64,000 nucleotides of DNA from a virus, in IMG/VR virus record IMGVR_UViG_3300044957_000619; one strand, written 5' to 3'. Both the position numbers and the translations under genes were made by a program. This document shows positions 1 through 9,466 of the stretch, one piece after another. Each line of letters begins with the position of its first letter. Position 1 is the stretch's first letter. The notes under the pieces were generated by a model. The model saw nothing but the letters and a program-made list of their open reading frames with translations, did no database searches and had not been told where the DNA came from.

Positions 1-156
1 CGATTTAATAAATTCAAGATTTAAACTATCGATATTTATTGATCGTACAACTGATAGTGATTTTTGAGAAATTTCTACAAATGGATTAAATGCACTAGAT
101 TGTTGTGCACTTACGGAAAATGTAACTAAACTAATAGCAATTAATAAACGTTTCAT
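1..156 (-). CDS. Secreted/exported hypothetical protein, runs off the window end
   Basis: Not in ORF track; ATG at 156 reads MKRLLIAISLVTFSVSAQQ... (signal peptide, Gln after cleavage site), open to position 1. Confidence 0.6.
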   Translation of the reverse strand, partial: MKRLLIAISLVTFSVSAQQSSAFNPFVEISQKSLSVVRSINIDSLNLEFIKS

Positions 157-223
157 AGCTTTTAAAAATTTTATTTATATTTCTATAATATAAAATAAAA
201 AATTAAAATCCAAATATTAATTA

Positions 224-781
224 CTATTTTTTTACAAATCCATTCAAGAAATCTCGTTGTCGCTGTATTGCATCATCGAGTTTAGGATCATTTCGTTTTT
301 TTCTAGTTCCCGTACTATTTCCATTAGTGCCAGATTCAACAGCATGTTTTGTTTTAACGTTAGATCGGGTTGACTCATTTCTTTTAGAATTTGATGCAGG
401 TATGCGTTTGCTATTTGTAGACTCGCTTCGGCTTTCATTCGTTGTCCTTCTGGTGTCTGTAAAAAGTTCTGAATAAGTGCTTGAATGTCCGGTTTGGATG
501 CGTCTCTTGATTTCATCTTGTCCAATAGATCTTGTTTCATCGATATCGATGCATCCGGTCGTATACGCTGTTTTATGCCCCTTGACTGAAATGCCGCATG
601 GATATCGCGTATTATCCGATTCAACCAAATATTGAATGCCCCAAGAGCTTGTTTTAAACGTTTTAACATAACCATATTTTTTTGCACCTAACCAAGTAAA
701 AAATACCGCATCATTGATTTTGAATTGAGGTTTTTCAAACTGTTTGATGATAGCATCGGGCGCTTGTTGTTTTTTTGCCAT
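224..781 (-). CDS. Hypothetical protein (SH3/KOW-like N-terminus, low-complexity basic C-terminus)
   Basis: 185-aa ORF in tight minus-strand gene run. Confidence 0.6.
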   Translation of the reverse strand: MAKKQQAPDAIIKQFEKPQFKINDAVFFTWLGAKKYGYVKTFKTSSWGIQYLVESDNTRYPCGISVKGHKTAYTTGCIDIDETRSIGQDEIKRRIQTGHSSTYSELFTDTRRTTNESRSESTNSKRIPASNSKRNESTRSNVKTKHAVESGTNGNSTGTRKKRNDPKLDDAIQRQRDFLNGFVKK

Positions 782-787
782 TATAAA

Positions 788-1273
788 TTAATTAAGACAC
801 ATTGAATTTGCGTAATTAATGATTCGAAATACGCGGATATATCTCGTTGTTTTATCTTTGCGAAACATTTTTTCTGTTGACAAGTCTCGTTGCAGGATGT
901 AACCAGATTCTGCAAATTTATATACAACGTGCCTAACAGCTCGTAAGCTATTAGATTCAATCATAATATTTTCATCATCAATCATTACATCGACGAACTC
1001 TATATTATTATCAGAAGTTGGTAGTTCGTCGATGGTTGTTGATTGAGGTGGTGCAGGAGTTGCTGCATATTGATCTAAATTATCTCGAACTTCTGCAAAA
1101 AATGAAGATAAATCTAATCCTTTAATTTGTAATGTAGTTGCATCAAAGGTATCAAATAGCCAACGTAATTGTTCCGATGCATGCATCGTTTTGATAATTG
1201 AATATTTAGCTTTTGATACAAAAATTTTGTTAAAGATTGTTTGCACGAGGCCTCCTTTTTTGTTTAATAACAA
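788..1273 (-). CDS. Hypothetical protein (start uncertain)
   Basis: ORF track; packed between neighbours. Confidence 0.55.
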   Translation of the reverse strand: MLLNKKGGLVQTIFNKIFVSKAKYSIIKTMHASEQLRWLFDTFDATTLQIKGLDLSSFFAEVRDNLDQYAATPAPPQSTTIDELPTSDNNIEFVDVMIDDENIMIESNSLRAVRHVVYKFAESGYILQRDLSTEKMFRKDKTTRYIRVFRIINYANSMCLN

Positions 1274-1418
1274 ATAATTGATCGATCTCTGCAGCAGGCA
1301 ACTGTTTTATTATGCATATTTTTTCTCGAGCTTCGTTTATATTAGAAGCTATTACGCTTCCAATAATTTCTTGTGTCGTATCCGTTTTAAAAAAATATAC
1401 GTATGTTGCGTTACGCAT
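1230..1418 (-). CDS. Hypothetical protein
   Basis: 62-aa ORF preceded by ATATTTAT motif at 1433-1440. Confidence 0.55.
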   Translation of the reverse strand: MRNATYVYFFKTDTTQEIIGSVIASNINEAREKICIIKQLPAAEIDQLFVIKQKRRPRANNL

Positions 1419-1430
1419 GATGCAATTTTA

Positions 1431-1823
1431 TTATAAATATAAACCTAATTCGTATCTTCGAATTGTTACATCCAATGCATCTGATAATGTTTGGGATAAT
1501 TTACCAATTTCGTGTTTACATAATATCAAAGTTCTACCTTTAACATCAACAGGAAACGCATCGTGTTTGTTAGGTTTACTTGCATAAACATTATCTGATA
1601 ATGTACTAATAGCTTTTGAATATGCAATCAAATCTTTATAGCGCATTGCAATCTTTTGATTAAAAATTATCAAATGCCCAATTAAACATTCCATTGGTTC
1701 TGTTTTAAAATTTTTTTCGGATAATTTTGATTCAATTTCAAAATCCATATTAGCCCATGTTTCGCCGTAACGGTTAATGAATTTTTCTGAAATAGCCCAA
1801 GGCCGATTAATACTGTTTGTCAT
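1431..1823 (-). CDS. Hypothetical protein
   Basis: 130-aa ORF. Confidence 0.6.
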   Translation of the reverse strand: MTNSINRPWAISEKFINRYGETWANMDFEIESKLSEKNFKTEPMECLIGHLIIFNQKIAMRYKDLIAYSKAISTLSDNVYASKPNKHDAFPVDVKGRTLILCKHEIGKLSQTLSDALDVTIRRYELGLYL

Positions 1824-1827
1824 AGTT

Positions 1828-2493
1828 TTATTGTAATTTATAAATTAATACTGTATATACGTCTTTTGAATAATTGCATCGAATGTTAACAAATTGATAT
1901 TTTTCAATTAACATGTCCATAACCAGGCCTGGATGTACATAAAAAAATCCGTCATGATGATACGTGTTTATTGGATTCATTAAATTGAATGAAACTACTT
2001 GAGTTGATAAATTATATAACGTATCAATATCCGTAAATAATTTGCGTAAATCATCATCTTCTGTTTCACAACGTCGTTGCGTAAACACCCCAGAAGCAAC
2101 AACCCATTCGCGTTTATCCAATTTAGCAGTTTCGAATGCACCAACTTTAACATCAGTTAAGCCCCATTTTTCTTCGCCTAACTGCACCATAACGGGATTA
2201 TGGTCTATGGCACTATATAATACCACGTCATTATTTAACGCAGCCAAATCGCGTGCTACTCCATATATGTCACAACGACCACATCCGATATCTAGTAATG
2301 ATCCGCCACTATATCCAACAAGTAAATTTTGCATTAAAAAACGTTGTTCGGTAGTAGTATTATATCCTACCGGTATTGGACTATGCATCATATATTCTGG
2401 ATCATTAGGTTGTAATACATCCCAACGATTCATTTCGGCATCTGAATTTATTAAATTATCCATGATGCTTTGTTTTAACTGTTCTTTATCCAT
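1828..2493 (-). CDS. Class I SAM-dependent methyltransferase
   Basis: Motif I SLLDIGCGRCD, acidic end of strand 2 (YSAIDH), WVVASGVF. Confidence 0.8.
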   Translation of the reverse strand: MDKEQLKQSIMDNLINSDAEMNRWDVLQPNDPEYMMHSPIPVGYNTTTEQRFLMQNLLVGYSGGSLLDIGCGRCDIYGVARDLAALNNDVVLYSAIDHNPVMVQLGEEKWGLTDVKVGAFETAKLDKREWVVASGVFTQRRCETEDDDLRKLFTDIDTLYNLSTQVVSFNLMNPINTYHHDGFFYVHPGLVMDMLIEKYQFVNIRCNYSKDVYTVLIYKLQ

Positions 2494-2767
2494 GGATTCT
2501 ATTTGATATTCGTTCTTTATTTTGCAATTTTTTATGTTCGGATATCATTGCCTTTAAAGGATGTGTACGATTAATACTTTGTTCTACTTGAACAAATTGA
2601 GATATAACGCGCCATGCTTCTGATTCTGTATCGGAACCTGGTATCATAAATACTTCATGTAAACATACATCGCCATGAACTATATAATATTCTCCAGTAC
2701 AATCCATTTCGCAAACGCAACCAGGATAACGTTTTTGAACTTGTTTTTTCAAACTTTCAATTGACAT
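2486..2767 (-). CDS. Hypothetical protein
   Basis: ORF overlapping the next start. Confidence 0.55.
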   Translation of the reverse strand: MSIESLKKQVQKRYPGCVCEMDCTGEYYIVHGDVCLHEVFMIPGSDTESEAWRVISQFVQVEQSINRTHPLKAMISEHKKLQNKERISNRIHG

Positions 2768-2770
2768 TAT

Positions 2771-3046
2771 TTACGATTTAGTAATTGGCAATGCATCATC
2801 TGCTAATAACTGCTTGTACGGAATAGTTGTTTGAATCATATCCGTATCACATAACATAGTTGTTAAATGCTTATTAAGATATGTTGAATGTTTTGAATTT
2901 GTAGTAATTATACAAGCTGCAGATCGATTTTCTAATAACACATCATATACAATGGCTTTATTAATCAAATATTGATCTAATACTACTCCTACGCGATTTA
3001 CTCCATCTTGAGTAACAACGACAGTACGTCCTGGTCGATATGCCAT
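2771..3046 (-). CDS. Hypothetical protein
   Basis: 91-aa ORF. Confidence 0.55.
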   Translation of the reverse strand: MAYRPGRTVVVTQDGVNRVGVVLDQYLINKAIVYDVLLENRSAACIITTNSKHSTYLNKHLTTMLCDTDMIQTTIPYKQLLADDALPITKS

Positions 3047-3255
3047 TATTCGATAATTTTAATGATTTTACTTGCTGAAACTGATTTAACTTCAAAATCA
3101 AAAGTATAACCTTTAAATTCTTCAACAACCTTAGCCTCTGCCTCAGTTACCGAAAGTGCTTCTACAAGATACGTTTCGGTTGTTTTCTTTTCTTTTGTGC
3201 CTTTAGGCGTATCAATTGTATCAATCAATTGAACTTTTGCTGTGTAATACGACAT
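3046..3255 (-). CDS. DUF4494-like protein (Bacteroidota family)
   Basis: KKTTETYLVEALSVTEAEAKVVEE resembles the N-terminal signature of Bacteroidota DUF4494 proteins. Confidence 0.7.
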   Translation of the reverse strand: MSYYTAKVQLIDTIDTPKGTKEKKTTETYLVEALSVTEAEAKVVEEFKGYTFDFEVKSVSASKIIKIIE

Positions 3256-3319
3256 TTTTTTATTTTTTATGGTTTATAACTATATTTGTAATATAATAAA
3301 TTAAATTGAAATATCAAAA

Positions 3320-4129
3320 TTATTTCTTATGTAAACGTTTTTGTTTTTTATGCATTTCATATGATTTTTCAATTTGTTTATCATTTAATTTAAAATTAAC
3401 AAATAAATTATCTAAAATATCTGCAATTAATCTTTGTTTTTCTGCTGCAGAATATTTCTTTTTACTAATTGATGAAATCAATTGTTCTAAATGTTTAATA
3501 TATTGGCTAGGTACCTTTTTTAATATCCTTGATTTTTCTATATTAACAACATGAGTATCATGACGTTTTTCAGAAATTAACTGTTTAGCAATTTTTGCAG
3601 ATTCTGATAAAATATCTCCATATTTAACAGTCCATGATAAGTCGGGTGGTGGACCGCCCATGGGTAAACCGCCAGCGGCACCACTTGACGCGCCAGAGGC
3701 TCCGGATTCTTTTTCGGCGTTTTTTTCATCTTCTTTGCCAAAACCCGCAATATCTTCAAGTGGTAATTGCAATTCGAGTGTATACGAATCATCTCGACCC
3801 CAGCCCGTATATGGTACTATTTTAATTAATTTATCTCGTAATAATTTTAAAAGTATTGCTGGCGTTAAATTAAAATCTTTACCACTTCTAGCAATAAATT
3901 CTCGTATGCCAATATCAGAAATGGAGTATAATATACCCATTTGTTGTGATCCATATGCATCAAACTTTCCTAAAAAGCGTTTTTCAGCCGGAGTAAATGG
4001 CGATTCTCCACCAGATGTATTAATATCATCTGTTTCTATAGATGTTTTGCCAGCAACAGCAGCGTCGGCTTGCTCTTTAAGCATGGCTCGCAATGTATGA
4101 TATACTAATATTTCTTGTTGTTTTTGCAT
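3320..4129 (-). CDS. Hypothetical protein, probably virion-associated
   Basis: 269 aa; LRAMLKE and ILSE/LISE motifs like the other tagged proteins; Gly/Pro linker. Confidence 0.55.
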   Translation of the reverse strand: MQKQQEILVYHTLRAMLKEQADAAVAGKTSIETDDINTSGGESPFTPAEKRFLGKFDAYGSQQMGILYSISDIGIREFIARSGKDFNLTPAILLKLLRDKLIKIVPYTGWGRDDSYTLELQLPLEDIAGFGKEDEKNAEKESGASGASSGAAGGLPMGGPPPDLSWTVKYGDILSESAKIAKQLISEKRHDTHVVNIEKSRILKKVPSQYIKHLEQLISSISKKKYSAAEKQRLIADILDNLFVNFKLNDKQIEKSYEMHKKQKRLHKK

Positions 4130-4314
4130 TATTCTGATTTAGATTCTGCTAATTGAGTTGAACGATACTTACTGGCTAATTTTTTAACTTCATTGATTGC
4201 TTTACGTGCTCTAACGCCCGCAGCCTTTACCCCTTTGTCGGTAAATCTTTCGTGATTTTCTTTAAATACTAACCAATGTTGTTCGATTTGATCAAAAATT
4301 TCTTGTGATGTCAT
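4129..4314 (-). CDS. Histone H1-like (Hc1-type) small basic protein
   Basis: KGVKAAGVRARKAINEVKKLA matches the GNKAAGTRARK signature of Bacteroidota histone-H1-like proteins; likely start MTSQ at 4314. Confidence 0.75.
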   Translation of the reverse strand: MTSQEIFDQIEQHWLVFKENHERFTDKGVKAAGVRARKAINEVKKLASKYRSTQLAESKSE

Positions 4315-4348
4315 GTTAACCTTTTTTATTTTTATATAAAAATTTACA

Positions 4349-4558
4349 TTAAACAAAACGATCCATTAAAATATGAATGTTTTCGTTGCGTATCTTTAAT
4401 TTTCCATAATCAGACAGTTCTAGTATTACATCTTCACCGTCTTGACGTATTTGCATGATATGATTTTTATTAATAAACCGTAATTCTGGCTCGTTTTTTT
4501 CATGCTTACCATGTAATTCAATTACATACAATGCCAAAAACTCTGGTTTTGTTATCAT
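4349..4558 (-). CDS. Hypothetical protein
   Basis: 69-aa ORF. Confidence 0.5.
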   Translation of the reverse strand: MITKPEFLALYVIELHGKHEKNEPELRFINKNHIMQIRQDGEDVILELSDYGKLKIRNENIHILMDRFV

Positions 4559-5142
4559 TAATCACCAGTCCATTCAGCTCCGCCCATATACCCTGGTTTT
4601 CTGCTAGGAATAGTCGCTCCACTTAAACTACCCATACCCATTGGACTTGTTGATTGAGCCATTTTTTGAGTTTCAATATTTAAACGCATCATTTTAGCAG
4701 AATTATCTCGAGCGTATTGCATTAATGCCATTTTTAAAGATTCTGGTTCTGTACTCGTTGCTCCGACTGTTTTTGCAATAAAATCTTGAAGTTGCTTAGT
4801 ATTTTTAAAACGAGTTTCATCAAATATAATATCAAAAATACCACGTGCATATGTTAATGCACTCTTGTCTACAGATTTTGCATAATCGGCCGTATATTTA
4901 CTTATATCGATTCGATTTGTAATAGCATCAGGAATTTCAAGCCATTCTGATTCTGCATATTCAGCTGCAAAATCTGCACCCATTTCGTTGTTTACGCTAG
5001 ATAATAGCTCTTCTCGTTGCTGAATAGTTAAACGTTTCCAAATGTCAGCTTCATTATATTCTCGTAAAATTCTACGAGCTCTAATTAGTTCTTCTTTAAG
5101 AATTTGTACATGTTTAGAATTTTTAATATCAAAAATTTTCAT
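4558..5142 (-). CDS. Hypothetical protein, probably virion-associated
   Basis: 194 aa; ILKEE/ILRE motifs near the N-terminus. Confidence 0.55.
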   Translation of the reverse strand: MKIFDIKNSKHVQILKEELIRARRILREYNEADIWKRLTIQQREELLSSVNNEMGADFAAEYAESEWLEIPDAITNRIDISKYTADYAKSVDKSALTYARGIFDIIFDETRFKNTKQLQDFIAKTVGATSTEPESLKMALMQYARDNSAKMMRLNIETQKMAQSTSPMGMGSLSGATIPSRKPGYMGGAEWTGD

Positions 5143-5513
5143 GATAAATTTTCCAATTTATATAATGTTGAATAAATCAAATCTTTAAACGCATCTAGCT
5201 GATTAATGATGTTTGTATCTTCTTTTGGAAATTTTGCATACATTCTTTCTAAAAATGTAGCTAATGCTTTAAAATACTTTATTGTAGTATCTGCAGAATA
5301 ATCATCAAACCGTTCTGCTGGTTCATAACCCGTAATAATACCATGTTTTCCTTGATATGATTCAACTAATGCATCTACCATATCTGGTATTGCATCGTAA
5401 TATTTATTTAATGCTTTATGTGCAGCAAATGACCCTGGGCCTTTTGTTTGCCAATGAAATATATGAGCTTGATCTCTTGATGCCATTAATGTAGAAACTA
5501 ATTTTTCAAACAT
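5139..5513 (-). CDS. Ferritin/Dps-like four-helix protein (DUF5856-like)
   Basis: HIFHWQT...HKALNKYYD...DALVESYQGKHG pattern. Confidence 0.75.
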   Translation of the reverse strand: MFEKLVSTLMASRDQAHIFHWQTKGPGSFAAHKALNKYYDAIPDMVDALVESYQGKHGIITGYEPAERFDDYSADTTIKYFKALATFLERMYAKFPKEDTNIINQLDAFKDLIYSTLYKLENLS

Positions 5514-5541
5514 TATGTTTTCCTTTTAATATAAATATATG

Positions 5542-7017
5542 TTATTCAAATTCTATTTCAAATTTATTAGTCCAATCCGATGCACGACTATGATCTTCAG
5601 CTCGACCCGTACCACCTGCATTAAGATTTACAAAATACGTTGCTGCAGCTGTTTTACTAGTAAATTTTGGCAATACGTCAGCTGGTTTATTCTTTGTAAA
5701 AAATGCAATTGCAATTTCTGAAGCAACTTCTGGATCATTAGCTTGTTCTGGATCGCCTACTAAATCTTTACCAATAATACTACCATACTTTTGATAGTTA
5801 TCCTTAAATGTTAGACCATTAAATCCTCTTCCTCGATACAAATATCCTTCATCTGGGGCATTTCCAAATCGACCTCCATACACGCGATTAAAGAAAGCTT
5901 CATCATCTGCCTTTAATGTATTTAATTCGTCATCGTCTGCAGGTACTCTGTTTCCAAATATTTCGCGAATTCGATTATTCGGCGTGCCGCCGTATCCAAT
6001 TTCATCCTGAGGAATAAACCCAGATTCTTTTCCAATAACAGATAATATTCCTATTTGCGTAAATGGATTAGTAATACCCTTTTCATTCATATAGGCAATT
6101 AAAAGTTCAATATTATCAGCTTGATCTGCCGCTAATCCGCTAGGAATAATTACTTTGCCTTTAGTTGATATTTGTTTTTTAGGTTTCGCAATTCGCAATG
6201 CGTCCATTGTTTCATCATCGATAACTTCAGATGCATTAAGACCATGTTTCATTTTGAAATCAGTTATCGCTTCGATTGTAGATGAACCAAATTCCATGGT
6301 AAGTATTTCAGATGAATCAATATCATATCCCAATCGTTGTAAGAATTTATGTACATCTTCCATAATTATGCCAATATATCCCGGCGTTAAATGTAATTCA
6401 TCATCTTCTACTTTTTCTTCTTCCGCATCAACATTAATTGAATTATCTAAATCATTTAATATTTCCAACATTTCATCATATAATATAATGTGAGCTGGAC
6501 GATCCAAATGTACATTTGTTTTGTCAAAAAATACATCATCTGTAAACGAATCAGTTAATAATACATAATCAGCATGTTTACGAATCCAATTATCAGTTTC
6601 TAAATCATCTGCTAACGTAAAATCAATATTTAATTTTTTCTTAATAGTTGGTTTAATAAATCGTACGGACGGAATAGTATTTAGTACTACGGGTATATTA
6701 AGAGATTTGCAATATTCGATTATTCTCCGAAGATTATCAATTATACTATGAACTTCTTGATTTTTATTTTTTTCGTATATGCCGCGCGTAAATATAACAA
6801 CTAAATCATAATGTGTCGACACATGATGTATTACAAGATCTTTAAGTTGTTTGACGCTACCTTTATCAGCAGTACGTATATCTCCAGTGATTACTTGATT
6901 ATTGATTAATTGTCGAGCAAAACCACGTCGGCGATCTAAATCATTATCAGTAACAAACAATACATGTAATTTATCTGATAGTTTTGTTTCTAATAAAAGT
7001 GTTTTTAAACGTATCAT
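5542..7017 (-). CDS. Multidomain peptidoglycan hydrolase: SGNH-like N-domain, peptidoglycan-binding domain, GH19/lysozyme-like C-domain
   Basis: LQRLGY...FGSSTIEAITDFKMKHGL...IDDET (PG_binding_1); KESG...YLYRGRGFNGLTFKDNY (GH19-like); N-terminal MIRLKTLLLE tag. Confidence 0.75.
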   Translation of the reverse strand: MIRLKTLLLETKLSDKLHVLFVTDNDLDRRRGFARQLINNQVITGDIRTADKGSVKQLKDLVIHHVSTHYDLVVIFTRGIYEKNKNQEVHSIIDNLRRIIEYCKSLNIPVVLNTIPSVRFIKPTIKKKLNIDFTLADDLETDNWIRKHADYVLLTDSFTDDVFFDKTNVHLDRPAHIILYDEMLEILNDLDNSINVDAEEEKVEDDELHLTPGYIGIIMEDVHKFLQRLGYDIDSSEILTMEFGSSTIEAITDFKMKHGLNASEVIDDETMDALRIAKPKKQISTKGKVIIPSGLAADQADNIELLIAYMNEKGITNPFTQIGILSVIGKESGFIPQDEIGYGGTPNNRIREIFGNRVPADDDELNTLKADDEAFFNRVYGGRFGNAPDEGYLYRGRGFNGLTFKDNYQKYGSIIGKDLVGDPEQANDPEVASEIAIAFFTKNKPADVLPKFTSKTAAATYFVNLNAGGTGRAEDHSRASDWTNKFEIEFE

Positions 7018-7160
7018 TTTCCTTGAGCTACATACGGGTTAACGTAATTTTTACTTGATTTATTTAAGCTTTGTTTAGATTTTGCATGAACTCCCGGACG
7101 TTTTACTTTTGGACGACGCACGTGCATTGATGTTGCAGATATTTTTGCCTTCGCTGCCAT
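7014..7160 (-). CDS. Small basic protein (48 aa)
   Basis: Not in ORF track; MAAKAKISATSMHVRRPKVKRPGVHAKSKQSLNKSSKNYVNPYVAQGK, stop overlaps next ATG (ATGA). Confidence 0.65.
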   Translation of the reverse strand: MAAKAKISATSMHVRRPKVKRPGVHAKSKQSLNKSSKNYVNPYVAQGK

Positions 7161-7162
7161 TA

Positions 7163-7552
7163 TTAATACTCCAAATTGGTTAATATATCATCTGATAATA
7201 TTTTTTTTGCATTTTCAATAACAATATCATCCATGCTAATTTCTGGATTCTGTTCATGTAAAGATTGAATATCAGCAATATATGTACAAATTGCATTCAT
7301 TAATACCATAGCATTTGTTTGCATCATATTTTTAGCATCAGCATTACCAATTTCTGTTTGATTAAATGCAGCTTCTAAATCCGATTTACATTTTTCGCAA
7401 ACTGTACTTAAAGTAGATAATGATTGTTTAGTTAAATCATCTTCTTCAGTTAAATTTTTACGGTGCTGTGCCTCTACTTCTGCCAACGTTGGTAATCCTT
7501 TACTAGGTTTGCGTTCCCAAGCATATCCTTCTAATAATGGTTTTAATTTCAT
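7163..7552 (-). CDS. Hypothetical virion-type protein with YAWERxP..LPTLAEV motif
   Basis: N-terminus shared with 7912..8268. Confidence 0.6.
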   Translation of the reverse strand: MKLKPLLEGYAWERKPSKGLPTLAEVEAQHRKNLTEEDDLTKQSLSTLSTVCEKCKSDLEAAFNQTEIGNADAKNMMQTNAMVLMNAICTYIADIQSLHEQNPEISMDDIVIENAKKILSDDILTNLEY

Positions 7553-7641
7553 CGATGTCCTTTAATAATTTCATATATGCTATATAACGCAGCAATAATC
7601 ATTGCAATGCTACCCTGTATAAAAGCAAATAACCTATTCAT
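7549..7641 (-). CDS. Small hydrophobic peptide (30 aa)
   Basis: MNRLFAFIQGSIAMIIAALYSIYEIIKGHR, directly after ATATTTAT motif, ATGA overlap with 7552. Confidence 0.45.
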   Translation of the reverse strand: MNRLFAFIQGSIAMIIAALYSIYEIIKGHR

Positions 7642-7673
7642 ATTAATAAATATTGCTAGTACATTTTTACAGT

Positions 7674-7700
7674 AAAAAAGCGCGCCATAAGACGCACTCT
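7674..7700 (-). terminator. Rho-independent terminator
   Basis: Minus strand AGAGTGCGTC-TTAT-GGCGCGCTTTTTT. Confidence 0.6.
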
Positions 7701-7742
7701 TAAACATTTGTCTTGAAATGTTATGCCTAAAGTAGCAGGCGC

Positions 7743-8268
7743 CTATTTGCGAAATGCTTCGCGAAGTATGTATTCATGGCCATGCAAATTGCCTTTAGCA
7801 CGGTTCCAAAAAGATTCCGTCATTGCATCTTTAGGTTTATTATATGCAGCATCATATGGTTCCACTCCAGTTGCTGAAACATGCATCGAATGTGTTTCAT
7901 CATCACCATATTCATTTACGGAATCTTTGTTTTGCTTTGTCTTGCTTACGTCTATCAAGTTCTTGTTCTAATTCTCTAATATCATCTTTAGTACCATCAA
8001 ATCGTCGCAATGTTACAATCATATCACGCAATGCATCATCAGAATATTCTGCAAAACGTTCTTGAAATGATGCACCTTCCTTCATATTCTTAGCAGCATC
8101 TTTCATTGGCTCTTCCGTATCACCATCTTTATCTAAATCTAAAAAATCAGGCTTCGAAGCTTTGTTGCGTTGGTACTCGGCTTGAACTTCAGCCAATGTA
8201 GGTAAAGGCTGACCGGGACGTCGTTCCCAGGCATACACCTCCGACAAAATATCCTTAAGTTTTTTCAT
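7743..8268 (-). pseudogene. Virion-type protein split by a 10-nt tandem duplication (ORFs 7912..8268 and 7743..7958)
   Basis: Minus strand AAGCAAGACA-AAGCAAAACA; removing one copy gives continuous ...ELDRRKQNKDSVNEYG...; contains EF-hand-like DLDKDGD. Confidence 0.6.
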
Positions 8269-8361
8269 AATATACCTTTTTAAAATAAATATTGCAACGC
8301 CTAATAAACTAGTACGTTAGTACGCCCGTTTGACTCATCGAGCGTCCTTTCAGGCCGGCAC

Positions 8362-8700
8362 TCATGATTTTTTGGTGAATGTTAAAGTTACTCCCCAACC
8401 GACCGTAATTTCAATTTTCGATTCACCTTGCTTAATTGCAGTAACGAGCTTGTTTAAATCGGCAATATCTATTTCTTCTGTTTGATCGGCATTGGTTGAT
8501 ACATAGTATTTTTTTTCTTTTTTCCAAATAGACGTTATGCCAACCGGCCCGTTATATGTTAGTGACGACATGGTAACGCGATACGTGACAACGTTCCCAT
8601 CCCATGATGCTTGTATGGGGCCGCCGGCGGGATTAGCAGCTTTAAGTGTTACTCCATTGATGTTGATTGATTCGATTAATAAACGTTTTAATTGTATCAT
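8362..8700 (-). CDS. Hypothetical protein with N-terminal tag
   Basis: Likely start MIQLKRLLIES at 8700, 4 nt after ATATTTAT motif. Confidence 0.6.
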   Translation of the reverse strand: MIQLKRLLIESININGVTLKAANPAGGPIQASWDGNVVTYRVTMSSLTYNGPVGITSIWKKEKKYYVSTNADQTEEIDIADLNKLVTAIKQGESKIEITVGWGVTLTFTKKS

Positions 8701-8923
8701 ACTTATAAATATTGGTTTCCGCAATATATTGCTGGAAACGAGACGGCCTCGACTTTATAATAAATACTATATACGCTGGGTTCGGCCTTAGGAGTATGCG
8801 CTAGATGATCTAGGAAGGATTATATGACACCGTCATATTCAATAAAGAGCACCTATATAGCAAAAAATCTTACCGCGCGGCAAAAACATGCATAACCTCC
8901 CGCATCATCTTGGGGGTGGTCTA

Positions 8924-9050
8924 CCCCTTTAACGAAACTCTCCCCACCCCCCCTATTTGACCCCCCCGATCACCCCTTAACACACCCCCATACACCACCC
9001 CCCATACCCCCATAAAAAAAGGGGGGCTATTGCCCCCCCATGATCACCCC
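8924..9050 (-). repeat. Cluster of ten C4-C7 runs (G-runs on minus strand), G-quadruplex-forming potential
   Basis: C-runs at 8924, 8942, 8947, 8961, 8973, 8985, 8998, 9007, 9033, 9047 in an otherwise AT-rich genome. Confidence 0.8.
9014..9039 (-). terminator. Rho-independent terminator closing the early cassette array
   Basis: Minus strand GGGGGGGCAATAGCCCCCCTTTTTTT. Confidence 0.75.
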
Positions 9051-9069
9051 ATTTAAATCAGCGGCACCT

Positions 9070-9324
9070 TTACGCGGCCCGGGTCTCTGATTGCGATGCT
9101 CTTAACTCGGCAGCTGCTATGTTATCAGGATGACGGAAGTCTTGTTGTATACCTAACGTCTCCATCACGTGATATATGGCACACCACTTAATGCCACACC
9201 ACTTACCTCTGAGGCGATCGGTTAATGCATCTTCTGCACCATACCATTGCTGTGCCATCATGTAACGTAAATATGCTTGGGCTTCTTGATTCTGGATCGC
9301 TTGGATCATGTTCTGCTTTGTCAT
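9070..9324 (-). CDS. Hypothetical early protein (cassette)
   Basis: 84 aa behind promoter repeat R1; internal 15-nt duplication (KWCGI-KWCAI). Confidence 0.65.
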   Translation of the reverse strand: MTKQNMIQAIQNQEAQAYLRYMMAQQWYGAEDALTDRLRGKWCGIKWCAIYHVMETLGIQQDFRHPDNIAAAELRASQSETRAA

Positions 9325-9417
9325 TGTCTTTCTCTTTTAATTAATAATAATAAAGATAAGAAATATGTTTCATATATCCTAATCTTTTAGCAACTTTTTT
9401 TACTTTTTTTTATAGCA

Positions 9418-9444
9418 GAAATCCGACGCCTTTCGACGCCGGAT
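9418..9444 (-). terminator. Hairpin, probable terminator after the AAA ATPase
   Basis: ATCCGGCGTC-GAAA-GGCGTCGGAT-TTC. Confidence 0.6.
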
Positions 9445-9466
9445 CCTGGTTTGAGAAATATGTGTT

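Noticed and set aside
8293-8361. Hammerhead ribozyme in the GC-richer intergenic segment
   Set aside because: CUGAnGA and GAAA cores are not present in the required order and stems are not evident.
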